A stretch of DNA of 64,000 bases from assembly GCA_000091205.1 (NCBI GenBank), contig AP006484.2. The stretch is one strand, 5' to 3'. This DNA comes from Cyanidioschyzon merolae. Its lineage: Eukaryota. The notes below the pieces were generated by a model. It saw only the letters and a program-made list of their open reading frames with translations. It was not told the origin of the DNA and searched no databases. This document shows, one piece after another, positions 21,918 through 33,031 of the stretch; the first letter of the stretch is position 1, and every line of letters starts with the position of its first letter. Both the position numbers and the translations under genes were made by a program.

Positions 21918-22541
21918 TTGTTTAGGGGAGAGTCGTGCGAGACGGCGCGGTCTTGCGGCGCGACGTGAAAACAACGGGCGTGGCTCTGAACCCAAACAGA
22001 TGCCCATAGAGTCGCTCTGTCAGTGGGTGCGACACCATGCCCAGCAAATCGTTCCAGCCTCTTTGGCGGGGAACACGCTCTCCAGGGGTCGCTCTGGGTC
22101 AGCACGTACGGCCTTGGAAACGGTTGCAAAATATAATGTTGCCATACAGTGCTGCAATACGAAGCTCTGTACCGCATCGAGGCGCTGGTTGACCCATTCA
22201 CCGGCATCGTTGGTACAGTTTGCTGTCGCAGATTCGCGACGCTGTGCACTGCAAGCGTCCTTCGTCAGGTGCGGTATCCGACCTTGATCATGCAGCAGCA
22301 TGATGGGGAACGCCATGACGGGCGTGCCGCTCCAGCGATACGCATTGGATCGATGTCTAGCGGAGGCTGCCACATCTGCAGGCTCTGGACCAAAAGCGGA
22401 GGCTGAGGGCGATGCGCATGCCTCCCCACGAGGAACGCTTCCATTAGATGTCCAGCGAGCGCCATTTGGATTCGTGTGCATGGAGCTAGGTAAAGCGACT
22501 GCTTGTGTCAACGCTCAATACCGTGCCGTCCATCGCTCTCT

Positions 22542-22626
22542 CTATTTTTTTAAATTCTCAAGGCGGAGCTCAAGCTCGTCCGGCTCAGTGGCTGCGGCCG
22601 CGCTCGCCCTTGGGTGGACAAGCATA

Positions 22627-22661
<35 letters not shown>

Positions 22662-23507
22662 ACCACCACTTCCTCCAATGCCGCCACGATCATCTCGAAA
22701 GCCGTTTCCGTGCCGAATGCCCGAGTTTCCGCCGTTCAGCGCACCATTGTTGTCATCGGATGGCGCGGAAAAGTTGTCAGGACCCCAGCCACTTCCAGAC
22801 TGCGGCGGCGGCCGTCGCGTATTCTTCTCATTCGCAAAGGGGGCAGTGCCCCCGATGGCCAGCTCTTCGGCATCCGGTGCCGACATTGTCGCAGCACCCA
22901 GCTGGCGCGACGCAAGCGGTGCTCGCATGGCGCGCTCCGCCGGCGACTGGGGCGCCTCCTCCAGGCGACTTGCACGCTCCAAGCCCAGCTCGTCGAGGAC
23001 CTGGTTCACGACCTGCTCCGTTTCTTCGTTCTCGTCCTCATCGGCGATCGCATTCTCCATTGCATCATCGATCACCTCCTGTTTCAGTGACAGGACTTCA
23101 CTTTCGCGTTCAAAGTCTTGCAGTATCTGTCCAATGCGCGGCAGATTCACTTGCCGATTCATGAGGTGCATCGACCGCACAATGCCCTGCATCGCATGCG
23201 TCATGGCTTCGCTGGAGCGCATCGTACTGAGCTGCATCTGCACACTTTGCATCTGTGACCGCAGCTCATACATTTTCGCAACGCAGTTACGAACGCGGAC
23301 TAGATCGCGTGCGGCTATCCGCACGGACTTCATCTGGCCCTCTCGCGCGAGCCGCCTGATCTCGTTCTTGCGCTGCAGCTCCAGACGCTGCATTTTCATC
23401 CGTTCCCGATCGACCTCGCGCACTGCTCGGTCGATGGTGCGCTTGTAGCGACGGAGCTTTTGCGCCGGTGTCTCACCGATACCGAAGATTTTCTTCAGCG
23501 CTTCCAT
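22542..23507 (-). CDS. CHMP2: ESCRT-III subunit CHMP2/Vps2 (Snf7 family) with an internal poly-Gly tract and a C-terminal MIM-like helix
   Basis: MEALKKIFG..ETPAQKLRRYKRTIDRAVREVDRERMKMQ...LAREGQMKSVRIAARDLVRVRN...VVNQVLDELGLE is collinear with CHMP2A. The start was moved to the MEALKK ATG at 23507. The C-terminus is ELELRLENLKK. Confidence 0.85.
22628..22670. repeat. (CCG)n(CCA)n microsatellite inside the CHMP2 CDS, encoding G14 on the minus strand
   Basis: The sequence is ccgccgccgccgccgccgccgccgccaccaccaccaccac. Confidence 0.85.
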
Positions 23508-24633
23508 GGCGTCGAATACGAGATACGATACGTAGGTTTCGAGTTTCAAGCTTTGTAGATGATTGTTTTCGATAAGGTTGTTGGAGTGAGTCCGTCCAAC
23601 CTTGATTTCGATGGAGTGTCAACGACCAGAGGTACGTGTGCTCAGCGAGCACGCCGCTTGGCGCTGTGCGTGTCTCTGAGTCGAGACGCCCCGTAGCAGT
23701 GCGCGGGTGTAACCGCTCACCGTGAAACGCGCCGCAACGCACCCACACCAGACCCCTAAAGTCCAGTTCACGAAAACCCCCCAGACTTGTAATAAGAGTC
23801 AGGAACACCACCAAGCGCACTGCAACCTAGTAGGAACACGGCAGTGCAGGATACCGTACCCGTCCGGGCGTTGCGTCCGTGCGTGCATCTCAGCGGCAAC
23901 GGTACACGGAGACAGCGCCGGATGATGCGTGTCCCGCCGTCGCCATCATCGATGTGCTGTCCGGGTGCACGCATGCGATTTTCGAAACCGCCGAAACGTG
24001 TACATAGGGGGGCGTTCTCCAAGTGGGCGCTCTTGGATTTCTTCGTTTTCCGGAGCGTCCAACGAATCTCCTATGTCCAAGTTCCATTACCCTCACTTGT
24101 CCTCAGCAATAGTGGTTGTTTCACAGGTTCTAACGTTCGCCGAGTGCATGGTTTGCTGCAGCGGTTGTAGTGTCTCTAGAGCCGGGTGCTGCCGAACTAC
24201 GATTCCGCGGTGCTTCTAGGGCTTCATCGGTTCAGGATACGTCAGGGACGTGCGCGCAGTGCAGCGGGCCCTTCAGGTAGTCGTCTGTCGAAGGGCGCCA
24301 GCGCGGCCCATAGACGTGCGTATACCGAGTCCGCCGAACTGCATTGTCGGACCGCGTGTACAGCATACTGCAGGTGCTACCATCCAGGAACCATCAACCC
24401 TGCGTATCGTGTATTCGGGTGAACGCGGGCACTTGCGGTTCCTCCCGGAACGCTGCTAGGGCTTTCGCCCAGAAACTAGGGGTGCAGCTTTGTCGCAGTA
24501 TAGGATGCATCGGGCAGATTCATCCGCCTTCTACGATCCTGTTGCTCACTTCGTACTTGTCCATGGAGCATGCGCTGCATCGACGCTATCAAGCATAAAC
24601 TGAGCACCGGTAACACTTTTGGTTACCGATTTT

Positions 24634-26895
24634 ATGTGTGGCATCTCGGTGCTGGTCAGCTGGTCGTCCAGTGATCGGTTGCTCTGTCGCTATGAACAAC
24701 TGGCAGGTGACAAGCTGGCAGCGCGCTCGGCAAGCGTACGCGCTTGGTGGCGCCAAGTCACCCGTCAGGGTACCAGTTCATGTGCTGGATCCGAAGGATA
24801 TTATCCTGAAAAAAACTCAAACACCGAGACGTGCAGCAACAGATTAGGTGACGACTTGAAAACCCTGTGGACCAAGTGTTGTGAGCGGATCCGCAATCGC
24901 GGACCCGACGCGTACGCTGCGTATACCGAGTCACTCAGCGGCCGGTCGCAGGGAGAAACTGCGCGAAAACTCAGAATAGCAGCGAGTACGCTAGCGATTC
25001 GGTCGCCGACGCCCGCATCGAAGCAACCGGTCTTGTCACCGAGTGGCCGCTTCGTGGTAGCGTACAACGGCGAGCTCTACGCACGCGCCTTCAAGGCAAG
25101 CACTGACGCCCAGCCTTCCACGACAGAAACCCGGGAGGAAGTTATCCAGGGAAATGATCTGGAGTGGCTCGCACGCGAGCTCGACTGCAGCGCCTCCGAA
25201 GAGACTGATGCTCCTTGGCACCCGGGTGTCGCCCTGGCGGGGTGCATCGGTCCGTTCGCTCTCGTCATATGGGATCGGAAACAGAGACAACTCTATTTTG
25301 CTCGGGATCCACTGGGCAGGCGCTCCCTGGTCATGGCCATCCATCCATCAGTGGGCTTGGTGCTGTGTTCGGTGGCGGCAAGTCTGCCTGCTAGTGAGGT
25401 CGCCGCGAAGCATGGCTCCGAATGGAGATTCGTCGAGGTTCCTCCTCTGGGCGGTCAATGGTTCGTCATTGACGCCCTGAAACTAGAACTGGGGCTCGCC
25501 GCCGACCAAGTCGTATGTACGCCCCATACTGGCTGCGCATATCGACCACGAGGTATGCCCGTGTGGCTGGAGGAGGTGCCGGCCTGGATTTGGGTTCCGC
25601 TCCACGCACGAGAGTCGCATGGCCTCGCAGCCGGTACGCACGACTCACTCCCGAAAGATGCAGGTTGCGAGCATGAGACCGATACCCGGTGGCGACTCGA
25701 GCTCGCCACAGAGCTCACCCACCTCCTCTGTCGTATTGTGAAGCGCCAGGCAAGCGCTAGGCGGCAGGATGCGCTGCGACCTGCGCTGGGCGTCCTTTTT
25801 TCGGGCGGTATCGACAGTTTGGTGATCGCTCGGGCGCTGGACGTGGTGCTCCCGCTCGATGAATGCATCCATCTGGTGCATGTTTCGTTCCACAGCGCAG
25901 ATGATACAGTGGCATGTGCCGGTGCTGCTGTTGCGTTGAACAGTGTCGATGGCGCTGAGCGACCAACCTGCACAGCGCACTGGTTGGATCCAGGTCGTCA
26001 TGGACTCTACCCGGCAAGCGAGTCGCATTCGGCGAGTCAGAGCGCTTTACCCACATCGTCTGGGAGCTGCCTGATGACAGCCGCAGCATCCTCTCAAGAC
26101 GAGCACGTTTTGGTGAACGATCCTGCACCGGATACGCTCCAAGCGCAGAGAGCGCTCGCTTTTCTGAAGACACAGAGCGTACGCCCCGAAAGATACCGCT
26201 TCCATCACGTCCGAGTGCCAGCAGCTGCTGTTGAGCGCGACCGGGTGAGGCTCGTCTCGGCCGTGGCACCCGCCGAAACGACCCCCATGGATATTGCCCT
26301 GGGCGCCTGCATCTGGTACGCTGCTGCGGGAGCGGCGGGAGCGCACCTAGACTCCGGGCCTTCTGGGCCGGTTCGCATCCTGTTTAGCGGTCTAGGAGCG
26401 GACGAGCTCTTTGCTGGATACAAAGGCCGTCATCGGTCTCGTTTTCGCCAGGGTGGATCGGACGCGCTCTTCCGCGAACTCGAAACGGATGTGAATCAGC
26501 TGTGGTGGCGGAACCTCGGCCGCGACGACCGCTGTGCCGCGGATCACGGCTGCGAGCTCCGCCATCCCTTCCTGGACGAGGCACTCATCGAGTGGGTGCG
26601 ACGAGTCCTCGGACGCCGCAACAACCCTGCCGATGAAGCGTCCTCGTGTCTCGCTATGGAGAGAATCTGCGATCTGAGCCTGCCGGACGGCGTCGGCGAC
26701 AAACGCATTCTTCGTCTGGCGGCTACAATGCCTCCGCTGAGCATTCCGGAGGCGCTTGCCCAGACACCGAAACGAGCCATGCAATTCGGATCACGTGCAT
26801 CGGCTGTACTGGAACGGCAACAGCGCACTGGACGAACGAAGCCAACAGCGAAGACAAACGCACCGCAACGAAAAACGCATCCCTTGGAATCGTGA
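24634..26895 (+). CDS. Asparagine synthetase domain-containing protein (ASNSD1-like class II glutamine amidotransferase)
   Basis: The ATG at 24634 is followed by CGI, the N-terminal nucleophile Cys of Ntn amidotransferases. The PP-loop LFSGGIDSLVIARAL is present. Only the ASNS B-type domain is recognisable in the 754-aa protein. The ORF-track start is TTG. Confidence 0.7.
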   Translation: MCGISVLVSWSSSDRLLCRYEQLAGDKLAARSASVRAWWRQVTRQGTSSCAGSEGYYPEKNSNTETCSNRLGDDLKTLWTKCCERIRNRGPDAYAAYTESLSGRSQGETARKLRIAASTLAIRSPTPASKQPVLSPSGRFVVAYNGELYARAFKASTDAQPSTTETREEVIQGNDLEWLARELDCSASEETDAPWHPGVALAGCIGPFALVIWDRKQRQLYFARDPLGRRSLVMAIHPSVGLVLCSVAASLPASEVAAKHGSEWRFVEVPPLGGQWFVIDALKLELGLAADQVVCTPHTGCAYRPRGMPVWLEEVPAWIWVPLHARESHGLAAGTHDSLPKDAGCEHETDTRWRLELATELTHLLCRIVKRQASARRQDALRPALGVLFSGGIDSLVIARALDVVLPLDECIHLVHVSFHSADDTVACAGAAVALNSVDGAERPTCTAHWLDPGRHGLYPASESHSASQSALPTSSGSCLMTAAASSQDEHVLVNDPAPDTLQAQRALAFLKTQSVRPERYRFHHVRVPAAAVERDRVRLVSAVAPAETTPMDIALGACIWYAAAGAAGAHLDSGPSGPVRILFSGLGADELFAGYKGRHRSRFRQGGSDALFRELETDVNQLWWRNLGRDDRCAADHGCELRHPFLDEALIEWVRRVLGRRNNPADEASSCLAMERICDLSLPDGVGDKRILRLAATMPPLSIPEALAQTPKRAMQFGSRASAVLERQQRTGRTKPTAKTNAPQRKTHPLES

Positions 26896-27146
26896 TCCGA
26901 TGCTAATAATAATGATGATGCCGCTTTGCATCTGGTATCGTATCGTGCACGCGTTGGATACCGCGGGAGACCTTGGGAACACGCGCTGCACGCCGCGTTT
27001 TTACCACTGCTGGCCAGCATCCTTGAAACCTCTGTCCAGTTCTGGACAGGCACACATTCATACACACGACTGCGGCGATTGCCCGTCTTGCACCATTACA
27101 GCGCTGCCTTGAGCGTCGATTGTCAACGTGTGCGCTTGGAGCACGG

Positions 27147-27175
27147 TGCCTGCCTGCCTGCCTGCCTGCCTGCTT
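27147..27175. repeat. (GCCT)7 microsatellite
   Basis: The sequence ggtgcctgcctgcctgcctgcctgcctgc has an identical 29-mer at 38977. Confidence 0.85.
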
Positions 27176-28230
27176 GTGACGACGCAGCTCAGAGCATGTC
27201 GTATAAGCAGTCATCTAACTAGCTGGCAGACGTGGCGTACTTGCTCAAACGCGCTTCGCACGACATTCTTCCGATACCCTGGTGCATGCTAAAGCGCCAT
27301 GCAAAGCAATCAAGCTGCGTTTATGCTTGACTTGTGCTTGCGCCCTCTGAAACAACACCGCACCGCTTGCATTGCCAATATGCGTTCTTCAGCGCTCGGC
27401 CAGTGCCCGGGCAGAATCCTCAACGCAGAGTCATCACGTACACCGCACAGGTGCACCTGTTGCCGACACCCGTTGCGTGACTGTAAGCGTGTCATTGAAT
27501 CTGAGTAAACGCCGAGCGCATTTCGAAGCCTGGGACATGGCCGCTTCAAGCGCACGACGTGTGCAAAATACGACTAGGTCGTGTCCAAAGTATCCTGCAC
27601 CTGGAACATCATCATCGTCCAATGCTCAGAAGCAGGCTGCCAGTGAGGCGTCAGTTTTCGGGTCCCGGTTCCCGGGGGCAGTGCCGGACGCATACGCCCG
27701 CTAGCAGCAGCGTCCAGTACATTGCCGGGCAAACGCATAAACGCAGGCATCTACGCAAGGACGTCTGGGTGTGCTCAGACCTGCGTATGACCGCTGCATT
27801 GAAGCGACGGTAACGCTCGAGCGTCCACATTTTTCAGTATGCAGCGCTTGCAGACGCACACGCCTCTGGGACAAGTGCGAGCCGGTTCAGAAGGTGCCCT
27901 TCAGCATCCAGCACGGCACTCCGCATGCAGAGCAAAATCGCAACGCTAGGAGCGTCATCGACCTCGGTACCTGTTCGCAGAGTGCCGTGCTCGACCTGCA
28001 TACAGAACGCCGGTCTCCAGTGGAGCCTGCGACACATCGCCGGTACCGTGGCATCGGTAAACGACCGAATAGCAACAACCCAGGAGAGGCCCGGCACCAA
28101 AAGTGCGCGAATGCTTGCTCGGAACGTCTCTCGTTACCCGGGTGCATCGGGCATCCGTTTCCCGTGGTATACACGCCGGACGACGCACCGATTCAGTCTT
28201 CGATGCGTCTCGAAATGAGACGGTGCTTGC

Positions 28231-29997
28231 TCAGTCCGCAGGATCTTCCCTTGCCATCGCAGACGATACCGACGGCTTTGCCACACTCGTCGTAGATGAT
28301 GTTGCTCGTTCCTGGATCTCTATACCAAGCCCGAATACGCGGTGCTGGTCCGAGGGCAAGGCGAAGCCCATGGCCTCCTTGGCCGCTCGCAGCGTTTCGC
28401 TGGCGACTGCATTGGCCGCTTGCTGGCCTTGCGCCAAGATCTGCTCCAGATACAAAGCGTCCTGTCGTACTTCGTGGTAACGCTGCTGGATCGGGCTCAG
28501 AAAGGATACCAGTGCCTCTGCGAGGCGCTCTTTGAAGCCAGCCCAACCAGAGGGATTCAATTCGGCAAGTTCTCGTTCGATATCCGCCTTGGGTCGATTC
28601 CCGGTGATCGCGCGGTATATATGGAGAAGATTATTGCACTCGGGTCTGGCGGGATCGTCGAAACGCAGTTCACGCTCTGCATCGGTCTTACAACGCCTAA
28701 TTTTGTTACGAATCGTATCCGCATCATCCAGCAAATTGATGCGAGACACATCCGAAGCTGCGCTCTTGCTCATCTTACTGGTGCCGTCCGTCAGCGACAT
28801 GACTCGCGAAACACCAGCTCCTTCGGGTAGGATGAGTGCTTCGGGTTCACGAAAGACGCTAGGCAACTTGTGCGGTTTGCGTTTTCGGCAGAATGTGTAA
28901 TTGAAGCTGCGGGCAATGTCTCGGGCGAGCTCCAGATGCTGCCGCTGATCCTCGCCAACAGGGACACATTCCGCCCGGTACAATAAAATATCCGCCGCCA
29001 TCAGTACCGGATACGCGAAGAGCCCCAGGTACACCGGTGCGTCATCGCCCAGTCGCTGCTTCTTATCCTTATACTGAGTCATCTTTTCAAGCCAACCCAT
29101 CGGGGTAATGCAGTTCAGCATCCATGCGAGTTCCGCATGTGCTGGCACCTGCGACTGCACGAAGATGTGACAGTGCGAGGGATCGATACCACACGCCAAG
29201 TACATTGCTGCCGTACTCAGCGTTTCGTCCGCTAAATGACGCGGGTCATGAGGCACAGTAATCGCGTGCATATCGACGACACAGAACCAGCAGTCAAAGT
29301 CGTACTGGTATCGGGCCCACTGCTGGATAGCGCCCAGATAGTTTCCCAGGTGCAGGCGCCCGGTTGGCTGCACACCAGACAATACCCGCCGTTTCCGTTC
29401 GTTGCCCGACGCACTGTCATTGTGTTTTGTCAGGTGCAGGTCGCGACTCATGCGCCACGACGACCAGCGACTGCGCAAAGCACCCGAGAGCGTACCGCGA
29501 GCGCCCGCGTGCCCTGCACCACCGCGTGTTGTGTTACCGTGCCAAGCTGGTAAAGACAACCAGTCCGTTTTCCTGTTTCGTAGTTGATCGGTGAAGCTGA
29601 AAGGTACCCTGGTTGGTGGTAGTGAGCGTAACCGACTTGTTCGGGGTGCGCTGTGGAGGCGACGGCCGCTGCACCAGCAGCGCAACGGCACCCAGGCTGG
29701 ACACCAAGTGAACGCGCTCAACGACGAAACGCTTCCTATTCTTCTCGTGGTTAGCGTAAAAGTCATGGTGAACGTTGGAAAACGAGTAGCTTGCCAAGCA
29801 ATGTCAGTCGAAGCGTGATACAAAGGTAAACGCAAACACACACACAGAGCGAGAGCAAGCGGAACAAACGAACGCTCTGTTCCAAGGAGCGAATCCTGGC
29901 ATGCCCAACGCCCGCGTCCTGAACTTGTCATCCGAAGCGCCGTCGGCGGCATGAAAACGCACGAAACAGACGACTGGTAGACGCTGACAAAGTTCAT
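28231..29997 (-). CDS. Bacterial-type (organellar) tryptophanyl-tRNA synthetase with a ~200-aa N-terminal extension
   Basis: The class-I HIGH region reads VLSGVQPTGRLHLGNYLGAI and the KMSKS motif is present. The catalytic domain is collinear with bacterial/mitochondrial TrpS. The ATG at 29997 is genuine, and the extension is Arg/Ser-rich. Confidence 0.85.
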   Translation of the reverse strand: MNFVSVYQSSVSCVFMPPTALRMTSSGRGRWACQDSLLGTERSFVPLALALCVCLRLPLYHASTDIAWQATRFPTFTMTFTLTTRRIGSVSSLSAFTWCPAWVPLRCWCSGRRLHSAPRTSRLRSLPPTRVPFSFTDQLRNRKTDWLSLPAWHGNTTRGGAGHAGARGTLSGALRSRWSSWRMSRDLHLTKHNDSASGNERKRRVLSGVQPTGRLHLGNYLGAIQQWARYQYDFDCWFCVVDMHAITVPHDPRHLADETLSTAAMYLACGIDPSHCHIFVQSQVPAHAELAWMLNCITPMGWLEKMTQYKDKKQRLGDDAPVYLGLFAYPVLMAADILLYRAECVPVGEDQRQHLELARDIARSFNYTFCRKRKPHKLPSVFREPEALILPEGAGVSRVMSLTDGTSKMSKSAASDVSRINLLDDADTIRNKIRRCKTDAERELRFDDPARPECNNLLHIYRAITGNRPKADIERELAELNPSGWAGFKERLAEALVSFLSPIQQRYHEVRQDALYLEQILAQGQQAANAVASETLRAAKEAMGFALPSDQHRVFGLGIEIQERATSSTTSVAKPSVSSAMAREDPAD

Positions 29998-30542
29998 GGT
30001 TATGTCAAAACGCTTTCCCTATGATAATGGTGCAAGCAGTCGAGTCGTTGCATGTGGGTGTCTCAGCTGATGCGCTTCGATGAACCTGGGTAGAGCGCTG
30101 CAGGACCCGTTGCTTTGCGCGCCGTGTGCTCGTACGAACGAGTTTCTGCGGTGTGGTATACTCGGGTGGTGTCAGATAAACGAGCGGGTGCTGTGGTACG
30201 CAATGAACGCATTGGAATAGGAATTAGGTGCGGGGGGTGCTCATCTGAAGCGACAGCGGTTTACCGGCTGACCGAGTACCAGGAGCGGGTTGTCGCGGAA
30301 CACCAGTGCGGGGCAGCGGCTCACGAGTCGAGCACGCTATGGACAGTACAAAACGATCGCTGGGCTCGTATCGTGGCAAACAAATACCAAAAATAAACAT
30401 GAAAATGAGAATGTATTTTGGGTGAGGCACAGGTGCAAACGCGTTCTGCACCAGATTCTAGATACTAGAGTGCGAGTCTTGCATAGAGCGCTCGAGGCAG
30501 AGGCGACGTGTCAACGAACGGGCAGCTGGACCGCGAGACGGC

Positions 30543-32045
30543 TCAGGGGTCCAAGCCGGCCCTGTCGCAAGCTTTGGGCCACTTTTGCATCACCTCGAAT
30601 AGTCGCTGGTGATACGTTTGGACTGCCTGCTCTAACTCGGTGTACTGCTCGCGCAACAGGCACATACGTTCCTGGTGACCTCTCTTCAGGTCCTGCATTT
30701 GTTCGTGAATTTGCTGGACCAACAACTGGTTCCGCTGTGCGACTTGGTCTGCTTCGTGGCGCTCGCGAACAGCCGCTTCGAGTTCTTCCTGGAACGATGC
30801 ATATTCTTGCTCGGTGTCCGTGAGACGACTCTGCAGCTGTGACCGTACACGCTGGATGCGCTCCTCTGCAGCAACAATTTGACGATTGAGTCGCAGCTCT
30901 TCCTGGTTCAGCGCTTCGAGATTCTGCTCGTTTTCGTGCAATTCAGATCGTTGCTTCTGTACGAGGTCGCGCGACTGTTTGCATTTTGAAACCTGGACAT
31001 CTGCATCCTCGAATGCTTTGAGAAGTTCTTGCAGTTTTCCGAACACCTCCTGCAGGGCCTCCAATTCCATCTGCACTTGTCGATGCTCATGCTCGATTCG
31101 CTCGACATGTCGCTTCTCGCGCTCGAGACTTTCCTCCATATCCGCGAGCTGTTGCTGCACCCGCTCAGGCGATGAAACAATCATCGCTTGCAGCTTCGCA
31201 ATCTCTTGTTTTGTCTGCAATAGTTCGAATTTGTGATTCGCGATCTGATCGGCATATTCGTTGACTTTGGTTTTGAGTTCCTTGATCTGAGCCTGCAACT
31301 GCAACTGTTGTTTGTTCAAGGAAGTGATCTCCGCGGCCAACTCGCCAGTTTCAGACTCGAGTGCCGTAACTTTCTGCTGCTCCGCAGCCGCCCGATCGCT
31401 CCACTTGCGCTGTCGCATCTCAAGATCATTGCATTTCGCCTCAAGTTCGCGCTGGTGCTGCAGAGCCTCCTCCGAACGGCCGGCTATTTTCTGGAATTGA
31501 ACGAGCCGCTCCTCTCGAAACTTGGCAAAGTTAATGACCCCGCTCAGGATACGACGCAACCGTGGATATTCTGGCTTCAGGTAATCGTTCAAAGAGAAAT
31601 CGTGGATGCCGGATGCTCGCATCAATCGTTGCGCCGCTCGATGGAACACAACCACCGGCGCTGACTCCTCGTGCAGCTCCGGGAATCCTAACGCTTCGAG
31701 CGCCTCGGGTACCGGATTGGCCAAGTCCTCACGTCGAGTCGGCGTCAGTAGCTCTATGAGCTGTTCCAGCATCAGTCGCACATGTTCTGGGGTCGGCTGG
31801 TGCAGCTGCTGTTCGGAAAAGGGGATCCGCAGTTCCTGCATGCAGGCCATAATCTCACTCGGCGGCAGCAGCGGGAACGAGTACTGCCGACCAGAATGTA
31901 CCGACGCAGGCGTTCGGGCCCGTGAACGCTTCCCAGTCGAGTCAGCTGGCGCTGAACCGTGCCCTCCCGCTGCTGTCGGTCGTGGTGTTGCGTAAATAGA
32001 GCGCATGTTTCCCGCGCGCTGTGTGCTGGGCGGTGCCGCTAACAT
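30543..32045 (-). CDS. NUF2: Kinetochore protein NUF2 (NDC80 complex) with an N-terminal CH domain and a C-terminal coiled coil
   Basis: YSFPLLPPSEIMACMQELRIPF matches NUF2 LSFPRYNVAEIV, and RRILSGVINFAKFREERL matches RFLSGIINFIHFREA. About 300 aa of heptad-rich Q/E/L sequence follows. Confidence 0.75.
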   Translation of the reverse strand: MLAAPPSTQRAGNMRSIYATPRPTAAGGHGSAPADSTGKRSRARTPASVHSGRQYSFPLLPPSEIMACMQELRIPFSEQQLHQPTPEHVRLMLEQLIELLTPTRREDLANPVPEALEALGFPELHEESAPVVVFHRAAQRLMRASGIHDFSLNDYLKPEYPRLRRILSGVINFAKFREERLVQFQKIAGRSEEALQHQRELEAKCNDLEMRQRKWSDRAAAEQQKVTALESETGELAAEITSLNKQQLQLQAQIKELKTKVNEYADQIANHKFELLQTKQEIAKLQAMIVSSPERVQQQLADMEESLEREKRHVERIEHEHRQVQMELEALQEVFGKLQELLKAFEDADVQVSKCKQSRDLVQKQRSELHENEQNLEALNQEELRLNRQIVAAEERIQRVRSQLQSRLTDTEQEYASFQEELEAAVRERHEADQVAQRNQLLVQQIHEQMQDLKRGHQERMCLLREQYTELEQAVQTYHQRLFEVMQKWPKACDRAGLDP

Positions 32046-32774
32046 TGCCCCTGCCGAGTCCAGTGCGAAACTAGTCTAAACGATATGTCGTCGGTAACCA
32101 GTTTCAGACCCGTACGAGAGCTCCTGTTGACACTGGCACAATGACTGCGAATTGCGACGTACAAGTGCCTGTTGAATCACACGAGTCCCGCTCACGACGT
32201 CGCACTCCAACACCTTCACTGAATATCAATAGCAAAAACTCGAGGTCCCAGCGAGTTTCCCAAACAGAATCCACAAACACCGTTCACTCGGTACGCAAAG
32301 AAAACCGTCTGACTGGTGCTGGTCCACGCTGCTAGCCCTCGTTGGGCTATCAAACGTACCTACTTCCAAAAACAAGCTGAAGCCGTACCAGCGGTTACCA
32401 GACACCCTACGAAGGATATGCCAAGCGCAACGCGACCGCTGCGACGTGAGAATCGAGCTCGCCACACACAAACACACACAGAGGTATATATGCTTGTAGG
32501 AAAAAGCGCTTCAAAGTCGTCGACAACGAAGCACACCGCTCTACCCAAACGTAGACACCAAAAGCGAAACACCGCAACGCATCGCAGCGCGTATGGCCGC
32601 CTTTGCGATGCGGCGTTTTGAAAATCGATGCCTGTCGCTGGCACATCAGCCGTTTCAAGTGCGTCTGGGGCGCTGCGAGCCTCGCTCCCAGACACTGCAA
32701 CGTCATTTGAACGGCAGCAACTGGTATCGTAACTGCCTGTTCCCTCAATCTCTCTATAGAGCTCTCTGTCTGAC

Positions 32775-32821
32775 TGTGTGTTCGTGTGTGTGTGTGTGTT
32801 TGTTTGTTTGTTTGTTTGTTG
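32775..32821. repeat. (GT)n(GTTT)n compound microsatellite in the NUF2/TOP2 divergent intergenic region
   Basis: The sequence gtgtgttcgtgtgtgtgtgtgtgtttgtttgtttgtttgtttgtt lies about 210 bp upstream of the TOP2 ATG. A (CA)n run lies at 32468-32480. Confidence 0.85.
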
Positions 32822-33031
32822 GTCGATTGGTTCCGTCATAGACAGTCAGGGTAGACGGTGCTGTTTTTCGGTGTTCGCTTTGTCTGAACGCTGAAGGAAA
32901 CCTCCAGACTGGGTGCGTGAACGTCCGGTCGGGCAAGAAACGCAACCTGTAACCAACCGGTGTACTTGTCAACGTAGCTGGTGCGATACGCTGTTGACAC
33001 TGGTGTTTCGAGGTGCGAGCAATCCGAAAGC

